DNA of 64,000 nucleotides from a virus: IMG/VR virus record IMGVR_UViG_3300027861_000010; one strand, 5' to 3'. Shown piece by piece: positions 37,911 to 48,175 of this stretch (position 1 is its first letter; each line of letters starts with the position of its first letter). The notes under the pieces were generated by a model. It saw only the letters and a program-made list of their open reading frames with translations, ran no database searches and was not told where the DNA came from. The position numbers and the translations under genes were made by a program.

Positions 37911-39792
37911 TCTGCTGCTGCTGTGGACTTCGAGCTTACTGGGGCAGGACAAACCGGTTGAAGGTCTCGACAAGCAATTGCAAATAGAAAAGCCAACGCC
38001 GGAGCAGGAAGCGGCGGTTCTTGATGCAGTCAAAGAGGTCGTAGATGCTGTCGCTCCAGCTCCCGCAGAGAACCAAGCAGCTGAACTGAAGATTACACTT
38101 CTTTCGACACCGGACGATGCCGTTCGGGCTGCCGCGGCTGATCTTGCGGGTTTGAAAAAGCTTGCGGAAGACAATGGAGTTGTTGATTTCGATACAACAC
38201 CTTATCGCTACGTCTGGATTCCTGACGCGAACCCAGAGGACTTGGCCTTGGTATCCTTTGTCTTGAATTCGGTAGTGTCCAGGAGTGACGTCAACTACAC
38301 GCCGAACCGACGCAACAGTCCGATCCAATTCGTTAACGGAAATAAGCTTGTCAGGGTTAACATGGCGATCTTGTCTCCGCTAAACGGCGGAGCCGGGTTG
38401 CTCGACACGTTGGCGACGTGGGATAAAATGTTCAACCCGTACTTCATGCTGGAGAAGCAGGAAGCTAATCGAGAAGTCACCACATCAATCCAGAAGCGTG
38501 TATCTGTTGAGCCTTACGTTGCTGACGACGGCAAGACGTACGATTACAAGATTCAGAATGTCGAAGTCAAAACGGAAGAGGCAGTCTTCGCTGAGGACAA
38601 GGTTTTTGGTCCGCACATTGACGTAGACAACGGGGCGTTACTCAAGACGATGACGGCAGCTAAGAACCCCATCATCTGGTGCCACACGCTTTACCAACAG
38701 GCTCTGACTACTGCTGACGGCGGACTTTATTATGAGTTCATGAATCTGCGTAAAGCTCCCAAAGCTACGGAAGGTAAACCTCAACTATCCGATCAGGCTT
38801 TCTGGTTAAGCGGGCTCGGGATTAGCGAAAAATTGATTGATCAGCTGCGGGCAGACCAGCGGGCAGCCATGACCCGATCCAATGTGACAGCAAAGCCGCG
38901 ACGAGTAGATGTGTTCAATCGCCCTAGCCGATCAAGCAACAATCAAGGTATCATTGCGATTACTCAGGATATGTTCGATGCGGACTACAAGACCGCAGCT
39001 GATCCGTTCCTGAATTTGCTGGAGTTCAAGACGTCCGGACGGGAAGTTGTCTTCGAGAGAAACAACGGCCACCTGGGTTACATCTTGTTCAACGGCGAAG
39101 GGGGTTTGGTGGACGAAGCTCCGCCGCAATTGGTTGCAGATCACACGATTCCAGCCCCGAATACTGCTCGGCTCCAGCCGGGTATTTCATGTATTCGGTG
39201 CCACGGGAAAGGAGAAGATCAAGGTTGGAAACCGTTCGAGAACCACGTACAGCAAGCGATGACTGGTTTCTTGAATGTTTACAACGACCGTCAGGGTGAA
39301 GCGGACAACCTCACAATCCCTGGTACTTTGCAGAAGCTGGCACGACTGTATGCGGGTGACTTGGATAAGCCACTGCGGCGTGCTCGCGAAGACCATACTG
39401 ATGCTATCGTGGTTTGTACAGCAGGAGTTGTGCAAACCAAAGAAGGAAAACCTTGGGGTTTTCGAGAAGTTTCTGAAGCTCTTGCTGAGCGATTCATTTA
39501 CTACTCGTACACTCCGGTTACGCCACTCAAAGCTTGTCGAGAGATGGGCTATGAAGTGACGGATGACGAAGCGGCAGTGACGTTGGTCAATCGGCTATTG
39601 GGTTTTCTGAACACAAACCCCGATGTCAATGTCACACCGGAAGATGTCCGAGTCGGACTTTTGAAACTCAACATTCCGATCAACCGTTTCCAGTGGGAAT
39701 TGATCTATGTTGATGCAATGACTCGGTCTAATGTTAATTCACAACAACTCAACCTGACTCCACAACAACCCGCGGAGAAGAAGGAAGAGTAA
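37882..39792 (+). CDS. Exported protein with a single CxxCH heme c motif (Planctomycete-like)
   Basis: Signal peptide MGTRFLQISSLLLLWTSSLLG; motif GYILFNGEGGLVDEAP..LVAD...GISCIRCH. Confidence 0.65.
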   Translation: MGTRFLQISSLLLLWTSSLLGQDKPVEGLDKQLQIEKPTPEQEAAVLDAVKEVVDAVAPAPAENQAAELKITLLSTPDDAVRAAAADLAGLKKLAEDNGVVDFDTTPYRYVWIPDANPEDLALVSFVLNSVVSRSDVNYTPNRRNSPIQFVNGNKLVRVNMAILSPLNGGAGLLDTLATWDKMFNPYFMLEKQEANREVTTSIQKRVSVEPYVADDGKTYDYKIQNVEVKTEEAVFAEDKVFGPHIDVDNGALLKTMTAAKNPIIWCHTLYQQALTTADGGLYYEFMNLRKAPKATEGKPQLSDQAFWLSGLGISEKLIDQLRADQRAAMTRSNVTAKPRRVDVFNRPSRSSNNQGIIAITQDMFDADYKTAADPFLNLLEFKTSGREVVFERNNGHLGYILFNGEGGLVDEAPPQLVADHTIPAPNTARLQPGISCIRCHGKGEDQGWKPFENHVQQAMTGFLNVYNDRQGEADNLTIPGTLQKLARLYAGDLDKPLRRAREDHTDAIVVCTAGVVQTKEGKPWGFREVSEALAERFIYYSYTPVTPLKACREMGYEVTDDEAAVTLVNRLLGFLNTNPDVNVTPEDVRVGLLKLNIPINRFQWELIYVDAMTRSNVNSQQLNLTPQQPAEKKEE

Positions 39793-39826
39793 TTTCAAGG
39801 ACGTTCTCGAGGAAGGAGACTCACCG

Positions 39827-40939
39827 ATGCGAAGTATCATTTTCATTTTGATGACACTGTTTGCGTGCCCAGCTTTTGCGAGCGACGGGCTTTACAACGG
39901 ACTGGTTCAAGACGGTTACACATTCAACGACGGATTGTGGTACCAAGGGAACAAGGCCTTCGTTAGATCCAGGAAAACCTTTTCGTTTTTCGACGGTCAT
40001 CGACAGTGCCTGACTACCCGTTACGTGTTCCAACCTGCCCCAGCTACTTTGATTGGGAAGCCGATTGAAGGGTGGCGTAAAGAGCTGCTGGATCTGAAAG
40101 CTAACCGAGATAAGTGGGAAGCTGATATCAAGGCCAGTCAGGAGGAGCAGAAGGAGTTCCTGGAAACCGTCGAAGCTCTCGGCTTGGGCGACTATTACGG
40201 AACCGATACTTCGTATCCGAGCCCACTTGGGCAGAAGCCAGGATACGGACAGCAAGGTGCCTACGGAAATCTCGAAGGCTCTTCGATGACTTACAACGCC
40301 CCGTTGGCCGCTCAAGGTAACACCCTCTACGGCTACGATCAGTACGCTCAAACTTACCCTGACGTCAATCTTCAGGTGTTGTATAATCAAGCGAACAACC
40401 TGGCTCGTAACGCTCAGAGTTTGTCTTCGGATGCTACCGGCGACTTCTCTGCAATTGTGTTCCAGGAAGGTAGGCGACAGGAGGAGATCGCAAAGATCAT
40501 CGCCCGTGGTCGGGTAGCCGCTCAGGTATTGCAATTACTGCAGGACCCAAGAGCGGAGCTGAAAGTTGATCAATGGCGATTACAACGGCGAGGCGAAGGT
40601 GGAGATTGGGAAGTTGTCCCTGGGACAAAGACTCCTCCGCCAACCGAACCTAACGACGACGAGATCATGCTCAACCAGGAGCAAAAGGTTAAGTTGTTCG
40701 GTATCGTGACAAACAATTGTCTTGCTTGTCACAGTGCGGACAAAAAGAAAGCTGGTCTGGATATGACTAGATTCTTGTCGTTCGATAAACTTACGCGACA
40801 ACGCATCGTGAAAACGCTGACGGCAGAAAATCCGGATGATCGGATGCCGAAAGCTGAAGGCGGTGTTCCTGGCAAACCTTTGTCTAAAGAGGAAATTGAT
40901 CTGTTCTACGCGGCGGCTGGCCTGGTCCGCGAAGAATGA
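39827..40939 (+). CDS. Exported protein with a C-terminal Planctomycete cytochrome c (PSCyt1-like) domain
   Basis: Signal peptide ending CPAFA; NNCLACHSADKKKAGLDM, distal RMP Met ligand and PLSKEEIDLF terminal helix. Confidence 0.8.
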   Translation: MRSIIFILMTLFACPAFASDGLYNGLVQDGYTFNDGLWYQGNKAFVRSRKTFSFFDGHRQCLTTRYVFQPAPATLIGKPIEGWRKELLDLKANRDKWEADIKASQEEQKEFLETVEALGLGDYYGTDTSYPSPLGQKPGYGQQGAYGNLEGSSMTYNAPLAAQGNTLYGYDQYAQTYPDVNLQVLYNQANNLARNAQSLSSDATGDFSAIVFQEGRRQEEIAKIIARGRVAAQVLQLLQDPRAELKVDQWRLQRRGEGGDWEVVPGTKTPPPTEPNDDEIMLNQEQKVKLFGIVTNNCLACHSADKKKAGLDMTRFLSFDKLTRQRIVKTLTAENPDDRMPKAEGGVPGKPLSKEEIDLFYAAAGLVREE

Positions 40940-40980
40940 AGTTTTAACAGGCTGATTACACAGCAAACACGGAGGAAGTC

Positions 40981-41430
40981 ATGAAGACGATTATTGCTGC
41001 CCTAGTCGCTATTGCGTTACTTTGGACAGGTAATGTGGCGACGGCTCAAACGTTAGGATTTTCTGGATCGAATGTGCATTCCCGGGTTCAGGCACTTGAT
41101 GCCCGAGTCCAGGCCATTCAACTCCAGCAACAAGCAAAGTTGGCTCGACAAGTGCAATTCATTCAGCAGCAACAGCTCGTGGCTGCCAATGCGGTGAACG
41201 TGCATTCTCAGTTGGCCCAGCTACGAGCCCTTCAACAGGCTCAGAATTTTAATGCCTTGGGTTTGAATAACATTTACGGCGGGGTGCATCAGTCTGCATT
41301 GATTGCTGCCCCAGGCGTACACCATCAAGCGGCCCAGGTTGTTGTTCAGCAGCCCGTTGTTGTCAGACAACAGGTTGTGAGGCGGCAAGTCTGTCAGCCG
41401 AGGTTGTTATTCAGGTCTAGGTGTAGGTAA
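40981..41430 (+). CDS. Secreted Gln/Val/Ala-rich low-complexity protein
   Basis: Signal peptide ending VATA; QVVVQQPVVVRQQVVRRQV tail. Confidence 0.7.
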   Translation: MKTIIAALVAIALLWTGNVATAQTLGFSGSNVHSRVQALDARVQAIQLQQQAKLARQVQFIQQQQLVAANAVNVHSQLAQLRALQQAQNFNALGLNNIYGGVHQSALIAAPGVHHQAAQVVVQQPVVVRQQVVRRQVCQPRLLFRSRCR

Positions 41431-41458
41431 GAATCCGAAGCGGTAGCCTAACCTTACA

Positions 41459-41496
41459 AGGCTCACCGGTCCTAACCGGCTGGTGAGCCTTTTTTC
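41459..41496 (+). terminator. Intrinsic terminator closing the MMP/cytochrome cassette
   Basis: AGGCTCACCGG...CTGGTGAGCCT followed by a T run. Confidence 0.75.
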
Positions 41497-41509
41497 TTAT
41501 GGAGTGAAA

Positions 41510-43069
41510 ATGTCAGTCTTCAGCTACCGAACAAATGACTTCGACGACCCTGATAAGTTGCTCGAGCTGTTGGGCAGCTTCTGGGCAACCACTTACCAAG
41601 GCAATGGATTGCTTGAGGACCTGACTCAGGTTACAGGTCAGATGGCTCAACAGACTCACCTGCAGTTTCTTGAGTTACTGTGCAGCATTTCTCGGATCGA
41701 CGTGCCTGTTTTTCACCAAGACAACTGGTACGGCCTCAGGATTCTCGAATCCGAACTGAACACTGATCAAAGCCTTATTGAAACGTACAACACACCGGCC
41801 AACGCCAATTACCAGGCCACAACTTCTCTAGCTTACGGTGAAGCGGGCGGACAGACCTACTATTCAGTCGTCAAACCTGAGGGTCTGGAAGATGTGAAGG
41901 TTATCTTCAATCGGTTAACCGCCCCTACGGTGCAGCTCACTAAAGGCGTTGATTATTGGATCCGCGATTCCGTTATTACCGTTCGGGACAATCCGTTCGA
42001 GAATCCGCTGATTCCTAAGCGAATGATCCTGAGCGGGAATGGAATTGTTACCGATCGGGAATGCGTGTTGTGGCTCTATCGAGGTCAATGGGACTGGGAT
42101 TTGATCTATGAGCAGTTCGGTTACGCCCTCCGCCTCAAGCTAAAGTCCAGTCAAGGGTACAAAGACTTCGTCAACGCAATCTTTGATGCGTTTGTGGAAG
42201 GTACGAGTATCCGCACACAACAACAGGCTCTTGCCGCGTCGTTCGGTGTGCCTTTGGTGAATGAAGCCGAGGAGGTTGTCGAGAACATCGTCAACGATGC
42301 AGACAAACTCAACGTCATCACCGATCAGCATGTCTATCAGTTCCCTCTGGGAACCACGACCATCGTTTCTGTAGGTGACACGGTACGGGCGGGTGATCCG
42401 TTGACCGACTTATTCCAGGTTTTTGAGCTGAACCGAGGCACGGAGATCGTGCCAACTGACATTTCAGCCATCTCCACCGGTCCTGGTGTACTTGGATGGG
42501 GCTTCTGGGGTGACTTGACCTGGGAGAACCAGGAACAGGCTCTCATTGTGGAGGACAACGTAGACGGGTACACGAAAGTCTCATGGGACCTCGGTGGCTT
42601 CCCTTTCGATGAAGAGAAGTTCTGGGATGACGTCCATACTGCGGGGGTAGCGGCCAACGAGACGTTGGCTATGCTGCTGGATGTTCGAGAGAACCCTGTT
42701 GGGCAACCCAAAGCGGCGTCATTACCTTCGACCGTCAATCCCTTGCAATTCCTGGCCGATAACCTCCTGCGGAACAACGCTTTCATCGTGAAAGTGAAGC
42801 CTGGAAGTCAACTTAGCGACCAATTGGCCTTCGTACCGGTCGATCAGCTCCGTAAAATCCAACCACCACACACTCTCATGATACTGATAGTTGAATTGGT
42901 TTATGCCGATTCGCCTGTTATCATGGAGGCTCCCGGGACTGACACGGAACCAGGATACGAAGAAACGGTCGGCGGGTTTCCCTGTATGGTTATTGGTGAA
43001 ACCCTGGATCCTGCCACCTACGTGGCCGAACGAGTGCGAACCAGCAAAATCGGCGGTCGCTGCATATAA
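41510..43069 (+). CDS. Baseplate wedge/tail protein (gp7/tail protein I-like position)
   Basis: 519 aa; LLGSFW, FGYALRL..SSQGYKDFVNAIF and LAASFGVP motifs; resumes the baseplate series after the cassette. Confidence 0.55.
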   Translation: MSVFSYRTNDFDDPDKLLELLGSFWATTYQGNGLLEDLTQVTGQMAQQTHLQFLELLCSISRIDVPVFHQDNWYGLRILESELNTDQSLIETYNTPANANYQATTSLAYGEAGGQTYYSVVKPEGLEDVKVIFNRLTAPTVQLTKGVDYWIRDSVITVRDNPFENPLIPKRMILSGNGIVTDRECVLWLYRGQWDWDLIYEQFGYALRLKLKSSQGYKDFVNAIFDAFVEGTSIRTQQQALAASFGVPLVNEAEEVVENIVNDADKLNVITDQHVYQFPLGTTTIVSVGDTVRAGDPLTDLFQVFELNRGTEIVPTDISAISTGPGVLGWGFWGDLTWENQEQALIVEDNVDGYTKVSWDLGGFPFDEEKFWDDVHTAGVAANETLAMLLDVRENPVGQPKAASLPSTVNPLQFLADNLLRNNAFIVKVKPGSQLSDQLAFVPVDQLRKIQPPHTLMILIVELVYADSPVIMEAPGTDTEPGYEETVGGFPCMVIGETLDPATYVAERVRTSKIGGRCI

Positions 43070-43084
43070 CAAGGACAGTTTACT

Positions 43085-43678
43085 ATGGATCTACTTGGAT
43101 TACAGAACGTCCAAGGCCGCGTGCGGGCTCATGAGGTCTGGGGCGAGGAAGACTCGTCCCTCATCTGGACGCCGAAGACCAATTTCAAAAAGAACTTGGT
43201 TCTCAACCAGTGGGCAACCATTGTCGGTAAACTGCTCACCTCCGGTGATGCACGTTACCGTATCGGCGGCATGTACCTGGAGTTTGAAAACACTGCCAGT
43301 CCTGGTGACCCTGTCAGTGCTCCGACGTTCGACCGTACACGAGATGTCACCTACTACGATAACCTCGTAGCCAGCGGCGTTCGCGATTACCTCCGTGTGC
43401 CGATGACGGCCAGCCAGCTACTCGACGACGGTGCTGGGTTCGTGGGTAACCAGATCGTCTTCTTTGGCCGTAGCAGCGGAACCACTGGGGTTCACGGCAA
43501 AACCTTTTCCGATTCAGTCAACTCGACGATTTTCGGAGCTTCTCTGGTTGCATTCGTTGATAGTAACGATGCGACTCAGGACCTGCTGCTCAGCAGCTTC
43601 TACTTTGACGTTGCCGATCAACAGCAAAAGCTCTCAACCAGCCAAGTTGGCATTGAGTGGGAACTCACGCTTCAATAA
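43085..43678 (+). CDS. Fibre attachment/baseplate structural protein
   Basis: 197 aa; KKNLVLNQW...GKLL and final IEWELTLQ pattern. Confidence 0.5.
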   Translation: MDLLGLQNVQGRVRAHEVWGEEDSSLIWTPKTNFKKNLVLNQWATIVGKLLTSGDARYRIGGMYLEFENTASPGDPVSAPTFDRTRDVTYYDNLVASGVRDYLRVPMTASQLLDDGAGFVGNQIVFFGRSSGTTGVHGKTFSDSVNSTIFGASLVAFVDSNDATQDLLLSSFYFDVADQQQKLSTSQVGIEWELTLQ

Positions 43679-43692
43679 GGAGAAGCTCAAGG

Positions 43693-45519
43693 ATGAGCCT
43701 GGAACGATTCATCAAATTTATCAAAGAGGGAGAGCCGGTATCGCCGGGTACTCCCAACCGTCCGTTGCAACAGCTGGATCAAAACATCCAGTACCTGTGG
43801 CAGCTTATCCAAGCAGCGGAGCTTGGTTCGACGGTGTACGCCCGATCGCAAACCGTCTTATCGACAGTAGAGGAAGGTCAGCCGGTCTACCTTAACGCAA
43901 CGAACCAACAGTTCGAGCCTGCGTTTGCCTCTACTGAAACGGACGATGTCACCGGATACTTAATGGTATCTGATCAGGCTCAGGTCTGGGGTGTTGTTGC
44001 TGAAAAGCACAATGCCACGTTGGCTGACATTCTGTTGTTCGGTTACGCTCAGTTCGACATCTCAGCGGCTATTGCTGCTGACGAGTTGAATGGAGACGGA
44101 AGCGTGCCTGCAGGTACTTGGTACCTGTCCGGCAGCAGCGTAGGGTTCCTGACCCGACAACAGCCTCCCGTTTCAGTACCAGTCCTGAAGACTGATACTG
44201 CGGGCGGTGTGTTCGTTAATCCAAAGTTCGTCGACTTCCTCGAGAACCATCGGCATTACGTCTTTGACTTGGAGATGATGCCTGCAGGTAACGTAACACC
44301 TCCTGCGGTCGGCGGTACTCACGTTATTACCGGTGCTGATACCAGCCAGATCGGTTGGTTACCCGCGTCCGATGCGAGCTTTAATGGACTTGCTCCTGCT
44401 GGAGCCAAGTTCGGATACAACCTGGCTCAAAATCCGGATTTGAACAATATCTTTCCGCCGATTCCGTTGCAGTCAGCCAGCGTTCAAATGCAGCGTCCCA
44501 GTGTTTGGGATTCCGCGATGGAGCGTAAGTGGTACGGACAGCAGCTGATGGAGGACTTGGTCGTTGTTGATCGAAACGGCATCTGGTGGATGTCTGATTG
44601 TTACGACGAAGTCCCATGGGCAACCGATCTGGACACTGCCAGTTCCCTCAGTGAGAGCTTTGGCGATTGCGACCCAGGGAGTAAAGAGTACACATTGAAG
44701 CTGTACTACACCCGAGTCAATTTCGCTACGGACAACACAATCGTAAGGAGCCTCAGGTCTCTTGACGATCGTTTGGTCATTACCTGTGCAGGTAAGGACA
44801 GTGCAGCGGCTACAGGCGATCTCGAGATCGACCTGGACTTGACCTTGATGATTGGTGATCAGGATCTTCCCGGTTACATCGTCTTCAAGAGTTTCGACGC
44901 TGACACGAACACGTTCGGACTCGGCCCCGTCGCGGAAGGTATTTATGCCACGTCAGCCAACGTACTGCTTACCAGCCCTCTGCAAACCACAGACGGCAAC
45001 GGTAACGAGGTACATCATGGCCCTGTCGGTTTAGGCATTATCAATCAAGCAACACAGGAACTCTCCAGTCAACTCGTCAGGCTCGACGGAGTAACGGAAG
45101 AAGACTTCCCGGTGCTGTATCTCGGAATGCCTAACGACAACTCAACCAGTTATGTGGTGAAGTTCGAGGTTCCTGGTGACGCCCCAGCTAACTCAACATT
45201 TCAGTTCCGCCCAAGGATCATTGGTCGAGCCGCGGGAACGTTGCCGCAGCTGACCGTGACCTATTACAAGGCTACTCGACCGTCGGATGGGTTGAACACG
45301 CCGGAACTGGTGACCCAAAGCTACTCTGCAATGACAATCGTAACCGTTGCCACACTAGCTGCGGCGAACGAGTCTGTGGAGGCTCTCAGTACTGCCGTTA
45401 CGGTTGAACCTGGTGACATAGTTTACGTCAAGGTCGAACGCACCCCGGCAGACGTGAGTGACAGTTACAGTGGTGAATTGGGAATTATGCAACAAGTCGG
45501 TGTTCTGACGTCAGCCTAA
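43693..45519 (+). CDS. Structural (baseplate/fibre) protein
   Basis: 608 aa, beta-rich, SD-preceded ATG 43693. Confidence 0.6.
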   Translation: MSLERFIKFIKEGEPVSPGTPNRPLQQLDQNIQYLWQLIQAAELGSTVYARSQTVLSTVEEGQPVYLNATNQQFEPAFASTETDDVTGYLMVSDQAQVWGVVAEKHNATLADILLFGYAQFDISAAIAADELNGDGSVPAGTWYLSGSSVGFLTRQQPPVSVPVLKTDTAGGVFVNPKFVDFLENHRHYVFDLEMMPAGNVTPPAVGGTHVITGADTSQIGWLPASDASFNGLAPAGAKFGYNLAQNPDLNNIFPPIPLQSASVQMQRPSVWDSAMERKWYGQQLMEDLVVVDRNGIWWMSDCYDEVPWATDLDTASSLSESFGDCDPGSKEYTLKLYYTRVNFATDNTIVRSLRSLDDRLVITCAGKDSAAATGDLEIDLDLTLMIGDQDLPGYIVFKSFDADTNTFGLGPVAEGIYATSANVLLTSPLQTTDGNGNEVHHGPVGLGIINQATQELSSQLVRLDGVTEEDFPVLYLGMPNDNSTSYVVKFEVPGDAPANSTFQFRPRIIGRAAGTLPQLTVTYYKATRPSDGLNTPELVTQSYSAMTIVTVATLAAANESVEALSTAVTVEPGDIVYVKVERTPADVSDSYSGELGIMQQVGVLTSA

Positions 45520-45531
45520 CAGGAGGAATGG

Positions 45532-46485
45532 ATGCCACTTTCCCAATGGAATTTGGAGCTGCTGAATCATAATGCCCAACGCAGCTACCCGCTCACAGAT
45601 GATTCAACGAAAGTAGATACCACGGGATCGTTTACGATCCCTGACGACTTTCTGGTTGGTATGGACATACCTGTCTCTCCTGCAATGGACATGGAGACGG
45701 GTAAGTTTTTGATCCGCCAACTCGGGCTGTTTGCGTCAGGTATTCAGATCATTGTCGCTTACGACAACGGAACTGACCTGGTTGACGTAGGTACGGCGTT
45801 GATTCCCTCGAGCGGTGTGACTCGCAATACGGTCTTTGCTTTAGGCGGTATCGAACCGTTTGACGACATCAACGGCAAGGTAGTGATCGGCAAATTAAGT
45901 ACGATCCAGGAACAACCAACAGGGCTGTTCAACTTCACCTTGGCTAACGCCCGTATCGAACCGCAGGCGATTCGGCCAATGATTCGTGGCATCTCCGCCA
46001 TGAAGGTGTCTAATGCTTCCGGTACCCTCAGCGAGAGGTTGTACGGCGATATCGAATTGGTGGCGGGCAGTAACATTCAGTTATCGACAGTGTCGAACGT
46101 CACGGAAACCAAAATCATCATCAGTGCTCTCAACGGAGAGGGTACGATTGTTGATTGTATCTGCGAAGGGGAGGCGGCGGACGCTCCGGCCATCAAGACA
46201 ATTAACGGGATCGGCCCCACCACGGACGGCAACTTCAACTTTGTTGGCGACGACTGTATTACTTTCACAGGAATCACCAGCGGCTTGAAGGTAACAGACT
46301 CCTGCTGTACGCCGTGCTGTGGTTGCGAAGAACTGGAGGCAATTACTCGAGACCTGGAACGTTTCAATGCCCAACGAGGGGCACTGGAGTTGTTCCTTAA
46401 CAACCTGGCGGCAGAGACAGCTACCTTCGGCACAACTGTGTTGGGTGCCCGGCTTGGCGATCGCCGCTGTTTAACTTGTGAATAA
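45532..46485 (+). CDS. Cys-rich baseplate/fibre paralogue 1
   Basis: N-terminal NAQRSYPL, IKTINGIGP repeat, C-terminal CCTPCCGC plus coiled coil. Confidence 0.65.
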   Translation: MPLSQWNLELLNHNAQRSYPLTDDSTKVDTTGSFTIPDDFLVGMDIPVSPAMDMETGKFLIRQLGLFASGIQIIVAYDNGTDLVDVGTALIPSSGVTRNTVFALGGIEPFDDINGKVVIGKLSTIQEQPTGLFNFTLANARIEPQAIRPMIRGISAMKVSNASGTLSERLYGDIELVAGSNIQLSTVSNVTETKIIISALNGEGTIVDCICEGEAADAPAIKTINGIGPTTDGNFNFVGDDCITFTGITSGLKVTDSCCTPCCGCEELEAITRDLERFNAQRGALELFLNNLAAETATFGTTVLGARLGDRRCLTCE

Positions 46486-46490
46486 TCAAC

Positions 46491-48164
46491 ATGGCAAATA
46501 CGAGAGGTCGTCAGCCCATTGGCTTGAACCAGCCACCGGGCGGCGGCACGAATTATCCGCTGGTCGATCCAAGCTCAGATATCCAGTATCTGTTTGCCGA
46601 TCTATTCGTGTCGTTCGATGACCTTGCCGATGAAATTGTGTACCCACTTCGCATCGACTGGCTCTACAACTTCGGCAATAACTCCGTTCCGGTAATTCCA
46701 GGTTATCCAACGCCTACTAATGACCGAGACATCATCATTGTGGATGCCAATGATCTTGTTGTCTTCGATTCAACTCAGTCTGACCGGTTTACCGAATCTT
46801 TCTGGGACGGCAATCGCTTGCGAATTAACGAATGGGTCGTAGGCGAAAAGGTTTGCCGTACCGTAACGCATAACGAGTGGACACAAGCCGACATAGATGA
46901 AGGTTTTGACTTTCTTTACGACGACTACCTTGAACCGACGAACGGCATCCTTAATGGAGATGCCTGGTACGAACTACCTAAGCGTGTGACTTCTCTTCAG
47001 GTGGGGTTAACCAATGTCGCACAGACTCGTGTGGTTTTGGATGAGGGCTACAACATGGCCCTCGAGTACCTGGAAACTCCTGTCACTCCGGTATTAGACC
47101 TGCCCAGTTTCAATGCAACTCAGCAAGTAATTCCAGGAACACGAGTCACCAATAGAATCTCGTTGGCTGCGGAAGTCGGAGCAGGGCTCGGTGTATTTCC
47201 CGGCTGTGTGGATGCGGAGCAATACATTCGGACAATTAACCGTGTTCGCGGCAACACTCATCAGAACTTCGGTTACGACAGCGAAGGGTGCATTCGGACT
47301 CAACGTCCCGTTGGTTTGACGAGTCTGTCACCTCGTGAGTTTGATTATGCTTCGTTCGAGCTCAAACCCGAGGATTCAGCTTCAGCCATTGAAGTGCTCA
47401 ACGATTGTCAGAATTGCTGCGAGTGCGAGTACTTCGCTCGAACCTACCAAGGCATTAAACGGCAGTGGTTCCTTCATCAGGACATTGCTGAATTGGCGGA
47501 AGCTACTCGTGACCAGTACTCCGATAACCGGGACCGCTGGTTAGTTCAGAAGGCGATCCGTGAAGCTGATACCTTGCGGTTGCGGGTATCAGTAGATGGC
47601 AACTGCAAGATCAGTTGGGGCTTTGCTCACTGCAACGCGTCCAAGTGTTGCCTGAACAATATCACGGTTCAGTTGACTTGGTTGTATTACGTCAACGGAA
47701 TACTTCAATCTCCGAGCAAGGTCGGTTACGACTGCGAGAAAACCGAACTGGATGGTTCCGCTCAGTGCGATGGGCCGGAGAAGATCGTCATCGACATGGA
47801 TGAAACCGGACGACATGCGTTTGCCTTATGGGACTACAGTGACCCGCAGACTGTTACCACCTTGCAAGGACGTCATTGTTTTCCTGACTGTGCCGACTTG
47901 GAACCCGAAGCCCTAAAGGTCAGACTACATGCTGTAATTTACTGGGGCAGCTCAGGCTTGAACCCCAACAATGACGAAGCGTGTGTTTATCCGGAGCTAA
48001 CCGAGCCGGATTACCCTGCAGATGTTGTGACGACTTGGAACGAATTGGGGATAGCCATTCCGACGGGTCGAGCTCAGAAACTTACACCGTTGCTTCCCGT
48101 GAGTGACGCGAATCCGTACTGCGACCGATGTCCTTGCACTGAACCTGGCAGCTCAATTGGATAG
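46491..48164 (+). CDS. Cys-rich baseplate/fibre paralogue 2
   Basis: GTNYPL, IRTINRV, CQNCCEC; about 19 Cys counted by eye. Confidence 0.65.
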   Translation: MANTRGRQPIGLNQPPGGGTNYPLVDPSSDIQYLFADLFVSFDDLADEIVYPLRIDWLYNFGNNSVPVIPGYPTPTNDRDIIIVDANDLVVFDSTQSDRFTESFWDGNRLRINEWVVGEKVCRTVTHNEWTQADIDEGFDFLYDDYLEPTNGILNGDAWYELPKRVTSLQVGLTNVAQTRVVLDEGYNMALEYLETPVTPVLDLPSFNATQQVIPGTRVTNRISLAAEVGAGLGVFPGCVDAEQYIRTINRVRGNTHQNFGYDSEGCIRTQRPVGLTSLSPREFDYASFELKPEDSASAIEVLNDCQNCCECEYFARTYQGIKRQWFLHQDIAELAEATRDQYSDNRDRWLVQKAIREADTLRLRVSVDGNCKISWGFAHCNASKCCLNNITVQLTWLYYVNGILQSPSKVGYDCEKTELDGSAQCDGPEKIVIDMDETGRHAFALWDYSDPQTVTTLQGRHCFPDCADLEPEALKVRLHAVIYWGSSGLNPNNDEACVYPELTEPDYPADVVTTWNELGIAIPTGRAQKLTPLLPVSDANPYCDRCPCTEPGSSIG

Positions 48165-48175
48165 CCTCCCGAATA

